The position numbers and the translations under genes were made by a program. A DNA stretch of 64,000 nucleotides from an uncultured Actinomycetota bacterium. Lineage in GTDB: Bacteria > Actinomycetota > Actinomycetes > Propionibacteriales > Nocardioidaceae. The notes under the pieces were generated by a model. The model was not told the DNA's origin and made no database searches. It was given only the letters and a program-made list of their open reading frames with translations. The stretch is from NCBI GenBank assembly GCA_963826265.1, contig CAWGWH010000002.1:1283246-1347245 (forward strand). Direction: 5' to 3'. Below are positions 63,021-64,000 of the stretch, piece after piece. Within the stretch, counting starts at the first letter, position 1. Each line of letters begins with the position of its first letter.

Positions 63021-63922
63021 CCGCGGGCGGCCCAGGCGCGGGCGATGTCGGCGGCGACTCGGATGTTGTTGGCCGCGATCTCGAGGTTCACCTCCAGGCT
63101 CGTGCCGCCGGTGATCTCCACGATCCGCTGCAGCAGGAACGGCGTCACCTCCTTGCCAGTGAGCCCCTCGGCCTCAGCGAGTGCCTGCGCGAGGGCGGCG
63201 TCGTGGACACCCGGCTCGAGCTGACGCTCCGGCGGCAGCGGGTTCGCGACCAGCACGGCCGAGCGCCGGCCGAGAGCGTCGTTCGCGGCCATCACCTCGG
63301 CCACCGCGGGCCCGTCGGGCACCGACCAGTCGAGCTGCTCGCCCGAGGTCGTCAGCCAGAAGCTGGGGAACTCGGTGGTTCCGTAGCCGACGACGGTCAC
63401 GCTCAGGGTCTCGAGTCGCTCCAGGGTCGCGGGGATGTCGAGGATCGACTTCACGCCGGCCGACACCACCGTGATCGGCACCTGGGCCAGCACCGGCAGG
63501 TCGGCCGACTCGTCGAACGTGGTCGCCGCGCCGCGGTGGACCCCACCCAGCCCACCGGTGGCGAAGACCCGGACCCCCGCGAGTGAGGCGATGAAGGCCG
63601 TCCCCGCGACGGTGGTGGCCCCGCTGTCACCGCGGGCGACGACCACGGGCAGGTCGCGCACGGACACCTTGACGATGTCCTCCTCGGCGACGCGACGCAG
63701 CTCGGCGTCGGTGAGCCCGACCTTGAGCGAGCCGTCAAGGACCGCGACCGTCGCCGGCGTGACCTGGCGCTCCCGGAGGATCTCCTCGAAGTCGCGCGCG
63801 GCGTCGAAGTTGCGGGGCCGCGGAAGTCCGTGGCTGATGATGGTGGACTCCAGCGCGACCACCGGGTCGCCGGCCTCGAGGGCCCGCGCGACATCCGGTG
63901 ACACGCTCAGCGGCAACGACAT
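63017..63922 (-). CDS. psuG: Pseudouridine-5'-phosphate glycosidase
   Basis: 301 aa with VVALESTIISHGLPRPRN and GGLGGVHRGA. Confidence 0.93.
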   Translation of the reverse strand: MSLPLSVSPDVARALEAGDPVVALESTIISHGLPRPRNFDAARDFEEILRERQVTPATVAVLDGSLKVGLTDAELRRVAEEDIVKVSVRDLPVVVARGDSGATTVAGTAFIASLAGVRVFATGGLGGVHRGAATTFDESADLPVLAQVPITVVSAGVKSILDIPATLERLETLSVTVVGYGTTEFPSFWLTTSGEQLDWSVPDGPAVAEVMAANDALGRRSAVLVANPLPPERQLEPGVHDAALAQALAEAEGLTGKEVTPFLLQRIVEITGGTSLEVNLEIAANNIRVAADIARAWAARG

Positions 63923-63928
63923 CTCTCG

Positions 63929-64000
63929 TCACACCCGCCGTTCGAGCAGTCCGGTGTCGACGTCGTAGACGAACCCGCCGACCAGCACGGTGTCGGGGAT
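63929..64000 (-). CDS. 3' end of an unidentified gene, cut by the window edge
   Basis: The open frame reads ...IPDTVLVGGFVYDVDTGLLERRV* with its stop at 63929-63931. It faintly resembles a beta-carbonic anhydrase C-terminus, but this is not established. Confidence 0.3.
   Translation of the reverse strand: MPDTVLVGGFVYDVDTGLLERRV

Noticed and set aside
62142-63922. psuG-kinase pair as a possible novel system
   Set aside because: This is the ordinary, well-known pseudouridine catabolism pair (glycosidase plus PfkB kinase). Nothing unusual beyond the 4-nt overlap.

Overview
This is a very GC-rich, gene-dense actinobacterial chromosome segment. It looks Nocardioides- or Propionibacteriales-like, but that cannot be confirmed without a search. 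Third codon positions are almost all G/C, so the ORF track holds many long antisense 'shadow' ORFs, which I rejected. I support about 60 protein-coding genes. I saw no rRNA, tRNA, CRISPR array, transposase or integrase.

Housekeeping landmarks:
- livFGMH, with a convergent livK-like 3' end
- polA, rpsA, coaE
- a group-2-like sigma factor and the principal sigma factor (HrdB/SigA type)
- ptrB, dinB, a ParE-type topoisomerase subunit, and psuG with a psuK-like kinase

The normally contiguous polA-rpsA-coaE block is split by about 12.4 kb of surface-oriented genes. These include rmlA, a fused rmlC-rmlD, a Wzx-like flippase, a 795-aa heptad-repeat surface protein, a DUF222/HNH gene and a secreted metzincin.

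The most interesting region is 29.8-41.0 kb. Its core is a six-gene, translationally coupled operon (36425-41038) encoding:
- a BchC-like MDR dehydrogenase
- a catalytically degenerate PTPS/QueD T-fold protein
- a GT-B glycosyltransferase
- an MprF-flippase-like membrane protein
- a deaminase-less RibD-C reductase
- a monofunctional GTP cyclohydrolase II

This operon diverges from an LtaS/sulfatase-like gene followed by an ECF sigma/anti-sigma pair. The shared 87-bp region carries a palindromic ECF-type promoter motif. A CDP-alcohol phosphatidyltransferase-methyltransferase pair and an MMPL transporter lie nearby. I read this as an orphan pathway for a GTP-derived, glycosylated, membrane- or envelope-associated metabolite. 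That reading is inference.

Other notable observations:
- two 24-bp divergent intergenic regions with the same back-to-back leaderless promoter geometry
- a DinB carrying a UvrD/PcrA-like Tudor-type C-terminal domain after a clamp-binding motif
- a structured 320-bp convergent spacer with phased DnaA-box-like repeats
- several clear operator-like palindromes
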